Source: a bacterium
Lineage (GTDB): Bacteria > Bacillota_I > Bacilli_A > RF39 > UBA660
Direction: 5' to 3'
Assembly: GCA_029007415.1 (NCBI GenBank)
Contig: JAQXHT010000050.1
Span: 1-44,620 of the forward strand
Length of the DNA stretch: 44,620 bases
The notes below the pieces were generated by a model. It did not search any database. It was not told the DNA's origin and worked only from the letters and a program-made list of their open reading frames with translations. Of this stretch, positions 16,315 to 26,499 are shown piece by piece; the stretch's first letter is position 1, and each line of letters opens with the position of its first letter. A program made the position numbers and the translations under genes.

Positions 16315-18954
16315 ATGAAAAAAATAATATTAGTAGATGGAAACAATTTGCTATTTAGAAGTTATTATGCAACAAGTTATAGTGGAGTTATTATGCGAAA
16401 TAGTAAGGGATTTCCAACTAATGCTCTTTATGGCTTTATTAATATGATGAATAAAATAATTGAAGAAGAAAAGCCAAACTATATTTTGGTGGCATTTGAT
16501 AAAGGAAAAACTTTTAGACACGAAAAGTATAAAGATTATAAAGCTGGTCGTAGAGAAATGCCAGAAGAGTTAAAACTACAATTTCCAAAAGCCAAAGAAA
16601 TCCTTGATACTATGGGAATAAAACATTTTGAAATAGATAATTATGAAGCTGATGATATAATTGGTACGCTTGCTAAAATAGTTGATGAAGAAGATGAATT
16701 TATTGCTACAATAATATCTAGCGATAAAGACTTATTACAACTAATAAGTAAAGAAGTAGAAGTTAAACTTTTAAAAACAAAGGGTTCAATAAGATTCGAC
16801 GAAGAAACCTTTAAAGAATATTATGGAACAACACCAATTCATATGATAGATTTAAAAGCTTTAATGGGAGATGCTAGTGACAATATATCAGGAGTAAAAG
16901 GAATCGGTGAGAAAACAGCAATTACTCTTTTGAAGAAATATGGTAGTCTTGATGAAATTTATAATAATCTAGAAAATATTGGTGGTAAGACAGCTGAGAA
17001 ATTAGAAACAGGAAAAGATGATGCTTATACAAGCTTCGATTTAGCTACTATTTACCGGGAAGTACCTATTCCTTTTACCCTAGAAGATTGTATTTATCAA
17101 GGACTTAATACTGAAGAATATATTGCTATTTTAAGGGAATTAGAATTTAAATCACTCCTAAAGAAAATAAGTGTTAGTACAGATAGTACCGTTTTGACAG
17201 GTCAACAAAGCTTTGACTTATTAGAAGAAAAACCACTTTCTAAAACAGTTGTGTCTTATAACGACTTTGACTTTACAGTGCCTTTTGCCTTTTATTTAGA
17301 AATGGCTGGACATACCTATAGTAAAAGTAAAGTTATTGGTGGAGCATTTACTAATAAAGATAATTCTTGTTTTATGACTATTGAAGAAATTATCAATCAT
17401 AAAGAGATATTTAATAATGATGTAACTAAATATACATATGATGTCAAGAGAATGATTATTCTTTTAAATCAGTATGATATAGTCCTAAACAATTGTAACT
17501 ATGACGCAATGATTGGTGCTTATCTTTTGGACTATAAATTAGATGATGATATTACTGTTTTAATGGGACAATTTAATTATGACTGTCCAAGTTATGAAGA
17601 AACTTATGGAACAGAAAGAAAAAAAAGAGAAGCTTCACTTGAGACGACAGAGAAACAATCTATAATGAAAAGTGAATTTATTTATGATAGTAGAGAACAA
17701 ATTCTTGAAGAAATAGCTACTTATAATGAAACAAAATTGTTTGAAGAGATAGAAATGCCACTTGCTTTTGTATTAGCTGATATGGAGTTGACTGGTATAA
17801 GAGTTGATAGAAACTACTTATTAAAGCAAAAAGAAGAACTAGAAGCAAAAATGAAGCTAATGCAAGACGAAATTTATGATGATGCTGGTTGTGAATTCAA
17901 TATTTTATCACCTAAACAGTTAGGAGAAGTTTTATTTGAAAAGTTAGAGATAGAATATCCTAAAAAGCGAAAAAAAGATGATACTAGTTATTCTACTAGT
18001 AAAGATATATTAGATAAAATAAGTGATAAACATCCTATTGTTGAAAAAGTATTAGAATATCGAAATCTTTATAAATTATATGCTAATTATTCGATTGGTT
18101 TAATAGATGAAATAAGGGAAGATGGAAAAATTCATACTATTTTCAACCAATGTTTAACAAGAACAGGGCGCTTATCTAGTAGTAAACCAAACTTGCAGAA
18201 TATTCCGATTAGAAGTGATTACTCTAAACTTGTTCGCAAAGCTTTTATTCCAGAAGAAGATAGTCTTTTAATGAGTTCTGATTATAGTCAAATAGAGTTA
18301 AGGGTATTTGCTCATATGGCTAATGCCACAAATTTACAAGAAGCTTTTAGTGAAGATAAAGATATCCATTCAAAGACTGCTTCAGACATCTTTAAAGTAC
18401 CAATAAGTGAGGTTGATAAAAAGATGCGTCGAATTGCTAAAACCGTAAACTTTGGTATTTTATATGGAATAAGTAGTTTTGGTCTTAGTGAAGACTTAAA
18501 AATAGATGTTGCTAGTGCTAAAGAGTTTTTATCAAACTACTTGAATACTTATCCTGGTATTAAAGAATATATGGAGCAAGAAAAAAGTGAAGCTTATAAA
18601 AAGGGTTTTGTTACTACAATAATGAATCGTAGAAGAAAAATAGATGAATTAAAAAGTAGTAATTATATGGTACGAAGCAGTGGTGAACGTATGGCTTTAA
18701 ATACACCAATTCAAGGAAGTGCTGCTGATATTTTAAAGAAAGCAATGGTTGAATTATATCAAGCAATGAAAGATAAGAACTTAAAGAGTAAAATGTTAAT
18801 TCAAGTTCACGATGAGCTAGTATTTAATGTTTATAAAGACGAACTTGATGTAATGAAAGAACTAGTACGTGAAAAGATGGAACAGGTAGTTAAACTTAGT
18901 GTACCATTAAAAGTTGATATAGAACTTGGTAGTGATTGGTATGAGGCTAAATAG
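16315..18954 (+). CDS. polA: DNA polymerase I
   Basis: N-terminal 5'-3' exonuclease domain. Pol A motifs DYSQIELR, RRIAKTVNFGILYG and QVHDELV. TGCTATAAT extended -10 at 16283-16291. Confidence 0.95.
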   Translation: MKKIILVDGNNLLFRSYYATSYSGVIMRNSKGFPTNALYGFINMMNKIIEEEKPNYILVAFDKGKTFRHEKYKDYKAGRREMPEELKLQFPKAKEILDTMGIKHFEIDNYEADDIIGTLAKIVDEEDEFIATIISSDKDLLQLISKEVEVKLLKTKGSIRFDEETFKEYYGTTPIHMIDLKALMGDASDNISGVKGIGEKTAITLLKKYGSLDEIYNNLENIGGKTAEKLETGKDDAYTSFDLATIYREVPIPFTLEDCIYQGLNTEEYIAILRELEFKSLLKKISVSTDSTVLTGQQSFDLLEEKPLSKTVVSYNDFDFTVPFAFYLEMAGHTYSKSKVIGGAFTNKDNSCFMTIEEIINHKEIFNNDVTKYTYDVKRMIILLNQYDIVLNNCNYDAMIGAYLLDYKLDDDITVLMGQFNYDCPSYEETYGTERKKREASLETTEKQSIMKSEFIYDSREQILEEIATYNETKLFEEIEMPLAFVLADMELTGIRVDRNYLLKQKEELEAKMKLMQDEIYDDAGCEFNILSPKQLGEVLFEKLEIEYPKKRKKDDTSYSTSKDILDKISDKHPIVEKVLEYRNLYKLYANYSIGLIDEIREDGKIHTIFNQCLTRTGRLSSSKPNLQNIPIRSDYSKLVRKAFIPEEDSLLMSSDYSQIELRVFAHMANATNLQEAFSEDKDIHSKTASDIFKVPISEVDKKMRRIAKTVNFGILYGISSFGLSEDLKIDVASAKEFLSNYLNTYPGIKEYMEQEKSEAYKKGFVTTIMNRRRKIDELKSSNYMVRSSGERMALNTPIQGSAADILKKAMVELYQAMKDKNLKSKMLIQVHDELVFNVYKDELDVMKELVREKMEQVVKLSVPLKVDIELGSDWYEAK

Positions 18955-18976
18955 TAGTAAAGGAAAGTGATAAGAT

Positions 18977-19795
18977 ATGCCAGAAAAACCAGAAGTAATT
19001 ACAGTTGCAAAAATGTTAGAAAAAAGAATAGTTGGACATACTATTACTAAGGCTTATGTTTATTATGACAATGTAATAGTAGGAGATAAAAACGAATTCT
19101 TAGAAAAGATAAAGAATGAAAAGATAGAAAGTGTTACGACAAGAGGTAAATGGATAGTTATTTATCTAACAAATTACGCCTTATTAGTACATCTTAGAAT
19201 GGAAGGAAGATTTTATTTTAGACATAAGAATGAAGTTGTATCGAAACATGAACATGTTGCTTTATTGTTAGATAATGATATCGAAATGCGTTTCCACGAT
19301 GTTAGAAAATTTGGTAGAATGATGCTTCTTCCTAAGTACAAAATTAATGAACAAAAGCCACTTAGTGATTTAGGTTATGAGTTTGATGACGCAAGATTAA
19401 CTAAAGAGTATCTATTAGATAAATTCAAAAGTAAAACTACGCCGATAAAGACAGTTTTATTAGATCAAAGTATTATTGCTGGAATTGGTAATATTTATGA
19501 TGATGAAATATTATATCTAAGTCATATAAGCCCATTAAGATCTGCTAAAACGGTTAATAGTGCTGAAGCTGAACAAATAATTGAAAATACAAGAATTGTC
19601 CTTAAAAAAGCCATTAAAATGGGTGGCACAACTATTAAAAGTTTTGAATCTAGTGAGGGAGTTCATGGCAATTTTCAAAATGAGTTAATTGTTCACGGTA
19701 GAAAAAATGAAACTTGTAAAAATTGTAACGGTGAAATCGTTTTCACAAGAGTTGGCGGTCGAGGAACTTATTACTGTCCAAATTGCCAAAAATAG
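18977..19795 (+). CDS. mutM: Formamidopyrimidine-DNA glycosylase
   Basis: N-terminal MPEKPEV and C-terminal zinc finger CKNC...CPNC. Confidence 0.9.
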   Translation: MPEKPEVITVAKMLEKRIVGHTITKAYVYYDNVIVGDKNEFLEKIKNEKIESVTTRGKWIVIYLTNYALLVHLRMEGRFYFRHKNEVVSKHEHVALLLDNDIEMRFHDVRKFGRMMLLPKYKINEQKPLSDLGYEFDDARLTKEYLLDKFKSKTTPIKTVLLDQSIIAGIGNIYDDEILYLSHISPLRSAKTVNSAEAEQIIENTRIVLKKAIKMGGTTIKSFESSEGVHGNFQNELIVHGRKNETCKNCNGEIVFTRVGGRGTYYCPNCQK

Positions 19796-19865
19796 CAAAA
19801 AATTCTATACAAAATGATAAATTTATAGTATAATTATTACTGTTTGAAAGAGGAGTGTGTAGTAA

Positions 19866-21278
19866 ATGAAAAAGACAAAAATAGTTTGTAGTATTGGACC
19901 TGCATCTAATGAAGCCAATGTAATGGAACAAATGGTTTTAGCAGGTATGAATGTTGCTAGAATTAATTTTACCCATGCAACAATTGAAGAAAGAGATAAA
20001 GCTATTGCTTCAGTTCGTGAAGTTAGAAAAAGAACTGGTAAGTCTGTAGCAATATTATGGGATACTAAAGGTCCTGAATTCAGAAGTGGTATGTTAGAGA
20101 ATGATTCTATCGAATTAGTTAATGGAAACATTATTCGTATTGTTAAAGAAGAAGTACTTGGAACTACTGAAAGATTTTCAGTTAACCATCCAGAAGCTAT
20201 TGATAGTTTATCTGTTGGTGACTTTATCTTACTTGAAAATGCTAAGATGAAACTTGAAGTTATTAGTAAAGAAGAAGACGGTGTTACTTGTAAAGTTATC
20301 GCTGGTGGAACTTTAGGAAACAGAAAAAGTATGAGTGTTCCTGGTGTTAAATTAAATATTCCTTATGTAAGTGAATTAGATAGAAAAGATATTGAATATG
20401 CTTGTGCCAATGGTGGAGAATACCTAGCATTATCATTCGTTTCTTGTAAAGAAGATGTTTTAGAAATTAAAGAAATCTTAAAACAACATAATAGAGAAGA
20501 TTTACAAATTATTTGTAAGATTGAAAGTGATTTAGGTATTAAAAACTTAGAATCAATTCTAGAAGTATCAGACGGTGTTATGGTAGCTAGAGGAGATTTA
20601 GGTACAGAAATTCCTAGTGAAATGTTACCTATCGTTCAAAAGCAAATGATAACAACTTGTAGAAGACTTGGAAAGATTGCTATTGTTGCTACAGAAATGC
20701 TTGAAACAATGATGGAAAATAACCGTCCAAAAAGAGCAGAAACTAGTGATATTGCTAATGCTGTATTTGATGGTACTGATGCTGTTATGTTAAGTGGTGA
20801 AACAACTATTGGTAAACATCCAGTTGAAACAGTAGCTGCTATGGCAAATATCTGTGAAACTGCTGAAAAATATGCTGAATTTAATTATTCAGATGAAAAT
20901 GAACGTGTAGTTGATGCTCAATCTGCTATTGCTGATGCTGTAGTTGATACAACAAAGAGACTTAATGCTAAATTAATATGTGCTGCTACAATTAGTGGTT
21001 CAACAGCTAGAGTAATTAGTAATTTAAAACCAAAAGCAACAGTTCTTGCTTTAGTACCTGATGAAAAAACAGGACGCCGTTTAGCATTAAACTGGGGTGT
21101 TTATCCAGCAATATTACCAGTTTGTAATTCAACTGATGAAGTTCTTACAAAGAGTGTTGCTTGTGCTAAAGATTATACTGAATTAGTAAGTGGAGATATT
21201 GTAGTTACTACTGGTGGATTCCCTAACAATGCAGTATCTAGAACAACTAACTTAATGAAGATTGAAGTTATTGATTAA
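19866..21278 (+). CDS. pyk: Pyruvate kinase (short form without a PEP-utiliser extension)
   Basis: KTKIVCSIGPAS and MVARGDLG motifs, 470 aa. Confidence 0.95.
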   Translation: MKKTKIVCSIGPASNEANVMEQMVLAGMNVARINFTHATIEERDKAIASVREVRKRTGKSVAILWDTKGPEFRSGMLENDSIELVNGNIIRIVKEEVLGTTERFSVNHPEAIDSLSVGDFILLENAKMKLEVISKEEDGVTCKVIAGGTLGNRKSMSVPGVKLNIPYVSELDRKDIEYACANGGEYLALSFVSCKEDVLEIKEILKQHNREDLQIICKIESDLGIKNLESILEVSDGVMVARGDLGTEIPSEMLPIVQKQMITTCRRLGKIAIVATEMLETMMENNRPKRAETSDIANAVFDGTDAVMLSGETTIGKHPVETVAAMANICETAEKYAEFNYSDENERVVDAQSAIADAVVDTTKRLNAKLICAATISGSTARVISNLKPKATVLALVPDEKTGRRLALNWGVYPAILPVCNSTDEVLTKSVACAKDYTELVSGDIVVTTGGFPNNAVSRTTNLMKIEVID

Positions 21279-21290
21279 TCATTACAAAAT

Positions 21291-21316
21291 AAAAAGCTCA
21301 TTTAAGGGCTTTTTTG
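21291..21316. terminator. Bidirectional terminator between pyk and the convergent 109-aa gene
   Basis: AAAAAGCTC-atttaa-GGGCTTTTT (one G-U pair), with A5 and T5 flanks. Confidence 0.6.
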
Positions 21317-21627
21317 ATTTGCAAGTATTTTTCTTCTAATTCTTGAATATTATTTTCTAAAAAATAATAATGATAAAGATAAAAACCAAGCATAATTAAA
21401 AGAATAATAACTAATATAAATAGTATGATTGATGACTTGATGGTTAATAAATAAAAGAAGAAGCAAGTAACAAAGATAACGGTTATAGTAACTAGTAAAT
21501 GAATAAGTCTTTCGTGTTGAAAATAATTAATCATTACTTTAAAATCTTCTATGTCTTGCTTAGTAAAACTTTTATTTTTAAGCTTGTCATCAACTTGTTT
21601 CTGATAACTCTTTATTAAATCTTTCAT
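21298..21627 (-). CDS. Hypothetical two-TM membrane protein
   Basis: ATGA overlap with the gmk stop. Two hydrophobic helices in the middle. Confidence 0.55.
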   Translation of the reverse strand: MKDLIKSYQKQVDDKLKNKSFTKQDIEDFKVMINYFQHERLIHLLVTITVIFVTCFFFYLLTIKSSIILFILVIILLIMLGFYLYHYYFLENNIQELEEKYLQIKKALK

Positions 21628-22310
21628 AGAGAGACTTCCTCATTATTAAATTCTTTTTTATCTTCTAATAATTTTTCGTGTAGACGTTCTTCTTCAGTAT
21701 TTAGATAAACTTCTTCGATACGATCAACTCTACATCTTTCTGCATCTAGTATTGCTTGAACTTTACTAGCTGCAAGATCAACTTCATCATTAACAACAAC
21801 GTAATTGTACTTACTGACCTCATTTATTTCTTCATAAGCTCTTTTAAAACGCATATCAATTTTTTCTTGATCTTCCGTTTTCCTAGCTTCTAATCTTCTT
21901 TTTAATTCTTGCATACTAGGTGGTAAAATAAAGATAAATACTGCTTCTTTAATTTTTTCTTTCACCTTTAAAGCACCTTGAATTTCTATTTCTAAAATGA
22001 CATCTTCACCTTTATCTAAATGTTCTTTAATATATTTTTTGGGAGTTCCATAGTAATTTTTGGAGTATTCAGCATATTCTAAAAATTCATCATTTTCAAT
22101 TTCATGTTCAAACTCATCTCTTGATAGGAAGTAATAGTTTACGCCATTTTTTTCTTCTCCACGAGGAGCTCTACTAGTACAAGAAATAGATAACCAAATA
22201 TTCTTATTGTTTTCCATGACTTTATTAATAATAGTATTTTTACCACAACCAGAAGGCCCTGATAGGACAACTAATAATCCTTGTTTTTTTGTTTTTAGCA
22301 TTGATTCCAT
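21624..22310 (-). CDS. gmk: Guanylate kinase
   Basis: GPSGCGKNT P-loop and a guanylate kinase core, plus roughly 25 extra acidic C-terminal residues. Confidence 0.9.
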   Translation of the reverse strand: MESMLKTKKQGLLVVLSGPSGCGKNTIINKVMENNKNIWLSISCTSRAPRGEEKNGVNYYFLSRDEFEHEIENDEFLEYAEYSKNYYGTPKKYIKEHLDKGEDVILEIEIQGALKVKEKIKEAVFIFILPPSMQELKRRLEARKTEDQEKIDMRFKRAYEEINEVSKYNYVVVNDEVDLAASKVQAILDAERCRVDRIEEVYLNTEEERLHEKLLEDKKEFNNEEVSL

Positions 22311-22316
22311 ATTTTA

Positions 22317-23474
22317 TCATTCCTTTCTTATTGGAAAAGCCCTAAATTCATCATTTATAATATTATTACCATTTATATGTTCTAAATAGTAGATGAGCGA
22401 TACTTTATATTCAAGTTCTAACATTTCATCTTTTTCACGTGTAAACTTACTAATTAATGGTAAAGGACAATCTTTCTTTATTTTATTTAAATAGTTTTGT
22501 CCTTTTTTATTAAGTCCTAAAATTCTTATATAATTAACATTTTCCATCATGTCACGTTTTTCTTTAGTATAATTACATAAATAGTATAAAAGTCCTCTTG
22601 CTACTTTTCGGTACGTAAGATTTTTAGTTTTAACACTATTAATTAATTCATCGTAAGAAGTAACATTATTGATATTTTTCTTTAATTTATTGATAAGACT
22701 CCTATCTAATGATGGATATTCATTTTCATTATCTTCCGTTAATAACTTATATTTAATATATTTAAAATAATCTTCATTTGTTAAGACTTTATCTTTTATT
22801 TTTTCTAGATACGGTAAAACATAGCTAGGTACTTGATCTTTGATATTTTCATTCTTTGCTAAAGCTTTTCTGATACTACTAGCACTTGAAATATCACTTT
22901 CTAAGACATTACTGTTATAATCATTGGTTCTTTTAATAGCATGAACATTTATTTTATAATTATTCTTCTTTATTGCTTTGATGTAGGAACTAGCTAAAAT
23001 ATCATTAGGGAGTTTTATACTTTCATTAGTAAGGTCTAGAAAAGCAGCATTTCTAGCAGTAGGATAATTCATTCCACTTGCTAAATAAACTCTAACTAAT
23101 GGGTCAAAATTGCTATTATTTAGTTCAATATCAACCATTTTTAAAAGATAAGTTAAATCATTAGATTCACTACCAAAGACTAAATCGGTAACTCCTAAAG
23201 ATTTAGCTAAACAAGTAGCACCAGCAGCAAATATTTCACTAGAAGCAGTAGCAAAGGGAAATGGCAATTCTATTACTAAATCAAAACCAGCAGTAAGAGC
23301 TATTTCTGTTTTACTTTTTTTATCAAGAATAGAAGGCTCTGCTCTTTGGGTGAAATTTCCACTCATTATAAGTATATAGATAGCATTATCAAACATTTCT
23401 TTAGCTTTATTTAGTAAATATAAGTGTCCATTATGAAACGGATTAAATTCCGCGATAATTCCAACTACTTTCAT
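22317..23474 (-). CDS. tmcAL: tRNA(Met) cytidine acetate ligase (YlbM/UPF0348 nucleotidyltransferase)
   Basis: N-terminal GIIAEFNPFHNGHLYLL motif, about 385 aa. Confidence 0.78.
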   Translation of the reverse strand: MKVVGIIAEFNPFHNGHLYLLNKAKEMFDNAIYILIMSGNFTQRAEPSILDKKSKTEIALTAGFDLVIELPFPFATASSEIFAAGATCLAKSLGVTDLVFGSESNDLTYLLKMVDIELNNSNFDPLVRVYLASGMNYPTARNAAFLDLTNESIKLPNDILASSYIKAIKKNNYKINVHAIKRTNDYNSNVLESDISSASSIRKALAKNENIKDQVPSYVLPYLEKIKDKVLTNEDYFKYIKYKLLTEDNENEYPSLDRSLINKLKKNINNVTSYDELINSVKTKNLTYRKVARGLLYYLCNYTKEKRDMMENVNYIRILGLNKKGQNYLNKIKKDCPLPLISKFTREKDEMLELEYKVSLIYYLEHINGNNIINDEFRAFPIRKE

Positions 23475-23553
23475 AAGTTTCCTCCTTTTTGGTTAACTTA
23501 TTATAACACGTTTTTAAGCTTTATGGTATACTGTTATAGGAAGGAATTATGCT

Positions 23554-24456
23554 ATGAGGTTTCAAGTAAAAAAAGAAGATTTTATTAACTGCTGTGAGTA
23601 TGAAAAGGGATTAGCTACTAATACCTTGAAATCATATAATTATGAGTTAAATGCTTATCAGAATTATTTAGAAGATAAATTAGGTATAATAGATGTAGAA
23701 GATATAAAAAAAGAACACATTGAAAGTTATTTGAAATATTGTTATTCACTAGAAGAAGATAGTAAAACTGTTTCTCATAAAATAACTACCATTTATAATT
23801 TTCATAAGTATCTTTTAAGAGAAAAGATTGTAAAAGAAAATGAGGCAGAATTTATCGATAGACCAAAGTTAGCTAAACATTTACCTTACACTTTAAGTGT
23901 TAGTCAAGTTGATAAGTTACTTGATATAGAACTTAAGAGTCCATTTGACTATCGTGATAAGGCTATGTTAGAATTGATGTACGGCACAGGTCTTAGAGTT
24001 TCAGAATTAATAGGTCTTACTGTTTATGATATTGATTTTTATAACGCTTTTTTACGAGTTAAAGGAAAAGGTAGTAAGGAAAGAATTATTCCTATTAATA
24101 GCAATTCAATTAAATATTTAAAACTTTATTTAGAATATAGACCTGCTATGTTAAAAAAGAAAAACTCAGAACAATTATTCTTAAATTCTAGAGGTGAAGG
24201 CATTTCAAGACAAGGCTTTTTTAAGAATCTTAAGAAACTGTTAGCTGAAAAAAATATGCCAACTAATATATCTCCTCATAGTTTAAGACATTCTTTTGCA
24301 ACACACTTAATTGAAAATGGAGCAGATCTTAGAAGTGTTCAAACTATGTTAGGGCATTCTGACATTACAACAACTAAAATATATACACATATAACTAACG
24401 AAAAAGTTAGAAATGATTACTTACATAATCATCCAAGAGCAAAGAAAGAAGAGTGA
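23554..24456 (+). CDS. xerD: Tyrosine site-specific recombinase XerD
   Basis: RHSFATHL and LGHSDITTTKIYTH catalytic region. Bacillus-like xerD-deoB linkage. Confidence 0.85.
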   Translation: MRFQVKKEDFINCCEYEKGLATNTLKSYNYELNAYQNYLEDKLGIIDVEDIKKEHIESYLKYCYSLEEDSKTVSHKITTIYNFHKYLLREKIVKENEAEFIDRPKLAKHLPYTLSVSQVDKLLDIELKSPFDYRDKAMLELMYGTGLRVSELIGLTVYDIDFYNAFLRVKGKGSKERIIPINSNSIKYLKLYLEYRPAMLKKKNSEQLFLNSRGEGISRQGFFKNLKKLLAEKNMPTNISPHSLRHSFATHLIENGADLRSVQTMLGHSDITTTKIYTHITNEKVRNDYLHNHPRAKKEE

Positions 24457-24460
24457 ATTT

Positions 24461-25630
24461 ATGAAATTTAAAAGAGTATTTTTAATGATTTTAGACTCGT
24501 TAGGAGTAGGGGAAGCAAAGGATGCTAGCAATTATGATGATAATGGCTGTAATACTTTAGGTCATATTAAAGATAATTATGATTTATTTGTTCCAAATCT
24601 TGCTAAAATTGGTTTTCTTGATACTTTAACCCTTGAAGATAAGGAAACTAATGATGCTTATTATACTATCGCTCAACCAAATAATATTGGAAAAGATAGT
24701 TTATCTGGTCATTATGAAATGATTGGTATAACATCAAATATGCCTTTTAAGACTTTTAATGAGAATGGTTTTCCTATCGAATTAATTGATGAGATTGAAA
24801 GAGTAACAGGTAGACGTGTTATTGGTAATAAGTGTAGTCATGATAATAGTATTATTAATGAGTTAGGAGAAAGACAATTAAACTATGGTTCTTTAATTGT
24901 TTATACATCTGCTGATTCTGATTTACAAATTGCAGCACATGAAGATATTATTTCTGCTGAATTATTATATTCTTATTGTGAAAAAGTAAGAGAATTAACT
25001 ATGCGTGAAGATTTCTTAGTATCAAGAGTTATTGCTAGACCATTTACTGGTAAAAATGGTAAATTCAAATTAAATAATGCTGGAAGAAAAGATTATTCTA
25101 TCAGACCTCCAAAACGAACTATATTAGATGACTTGAATAACAATGGTTATAACGTAATTGGCATTGGTAAAGTCAATGATATCTTTGCAGAGCAAGGAAT
25201 TAATAAAGCCTTAAAAGCTTCAACCAATCAAGAAGCACTAACAAAATTTGCTAATATAATGGATAAAAACTTTACTGGTCTTTGTATGGTAAATTTATCA
25301 GATTTTGATAATTTGTACGGACATGTTCGCGATGTAGAAGGGTATGGTAAAGCGATAGAGGATTTAGATGTGGAAATTCCTTTATTGCTTAATAAATTAG
25401 AAATGGATGATTTATTAATTATAACAGCTGATCATGGTAATGATCCAACCTTTAAAGGAAATGACCATACTAGGGAGAATGTTCCTGTGATATTATATTG
25501 TCGTAATTTTAAAACACCTCATCTTTTGGAACCTCAAGAAACCTTTGCTTGTATTGGTGCAACTATTGCTGATAATTTTGATTTAGATACTCCAGAGATT
25601 GGGTCAAGTTTAATGGAATTTTTGAACTAG
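24461..25630 (+). CDS. deoB: Phosphopentomutase
   Basis: MKFKRVFLMILDSLGVGE start and ITADHGNDPT motif. The 16-codon upstream extension in the ORF track overlaps xerD. Confidence 0.9.
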   Translation: MKFKRVFLMILDSLGVGEAKDASNYDDNGCNTLGHIKDNYDLFVPNLAKIGFLDTLTLEDKETNDAYYTIAQPNNIGKDSLSGHYEMIGITSNMPFKTFNENGFPIELIDEIERVTGRRVIGNKCSHDNSIINELGERQLNYGSLIVYTSADSDLQIAAHEDIISAELLYSYCEKVRELTMREDFLVSRVIARPFTGKNGKFKLNNAGRKDYSIRPPKRTILDDLNNNGYNVIGIGKVNDIFAEQGINKALKASTNQEALTKFANIMDKNFTGLCMVNLSDFDNLYGHVRDVEGYGKAIEDLDVEIPLLLNKLEMDDLLIITADHGNDPTFKGNDHTRENVPVILYCRNFKTPHLLEPQETFACIGATIADNFDLDTPEIGSSLMEFLN

Positions 25631-25653
25631 AAAAGGGTAGAGTAGAGTAAATA

Positions 25654-25707
25654 AAAATGAAATGACTACTTCTATATATTAAATATAAATAGAGCCATTT
25701 CATTTTT
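25654..25707. terminator. Long imperfect hairpin between convergent deoB and the DUF1540-like gene
   Basis: AAAAATGAAATG (25654-25665) pairs with CCATTTCATTTTT (25695-25707), with an AT-rich inner hairpin. Confidence 0.5.
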
Positions 25708-25884
25708 TTATTTTTCTTTTTTAAAATTAGAACATACTGTTTCATCTTTATCTTTAACATTATCACAGTCACAAGATGAACCAACTTTTATCTCATCTAA
25801 ATCGCATTTACAATCTTCTTCATTATGATACTTGCAAGATTTGACGTCACAATGAATTACCTGCTTTTTCTTTTCTTTAAACAT
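25708..25884 (-). CDS. Small Cys-rich DUF1540-like protein, 58 aa
   Basis: MFKEKKKQVIHCDVKSCKYHNEEDCKCDLDEIKVGSSCDCDNVKDKDETVCSNFKKEK. GGAGG RBS 10 nt before the ATG. The CxVxxCxYH...C...I.V pattern is typical of DUF1540. Below the ORF-track cut-off. Confidence 0.6.
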   Translation of the reverse strand: MFKEKKKQVIHCDVKSCKYHNEEDCKCDLDEIKVGSSCDCDNVKDKDETVCSNFKKEK

Positions 25885-26420
25885 TGTATTATTTCCTCCT
25901 TCAATATTAATTTGTACCCTTTTCCCCTATTTTATTCCCCTACTTTAAAATTTATAAAAAAGAAGGGGAGAAGATAATAATAGAATGATTTATATTATTA
26001 GTATTATTATGAATAATTAACTTAAATAAATATTGTTTGTAGAATTAATGATAATTGTAATATATAAACATTAAGATAAGAATGACTTTTATAAAATTAA
26101 TTTAAGAAAAAGTAAATTTAAAAATGATTTAAATGATAAGTTGTTAAGTTAAAACAATATTATTTGTTGCTTCATATAATGAAGATTATGTTAACTAGCA
26201 TATTTTCAATCAATATTATACTATGATATTAACTTTTAAACTTTTTTGGTTTTAATTATCTATTACATCAAAGTTTTTTATTATCAGTTGAAATAGTTTT
26301 ACTATATATTAATTATTCTTAGCAAATAGTTATACTTATATACACTGTTATATAACTATAGTAGTATTATATATTATATTTAGTTAAAAATTTATCTATT
26401 AATAATTAAATTAACTTAAC

Positions 26421-26491
26421 AAAAAAATAGGGTAGTTCCCTACTTTAATTCGTCATAAAAAATAATACTAAAAAGTAGGGTAACCCCTACT
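26421..26491 (-). terminator. Two tandem terminators after the XRE-family gene
   Basis: On the - strand: AGTAGGG-gtta-CCCTACT then TTTTT (26470-26491), and TAGGG-aacta-CCCTA then T7 (26421-26442). Confidence 0.6.
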
Positions 26492-26499
26492 CTATTTAA

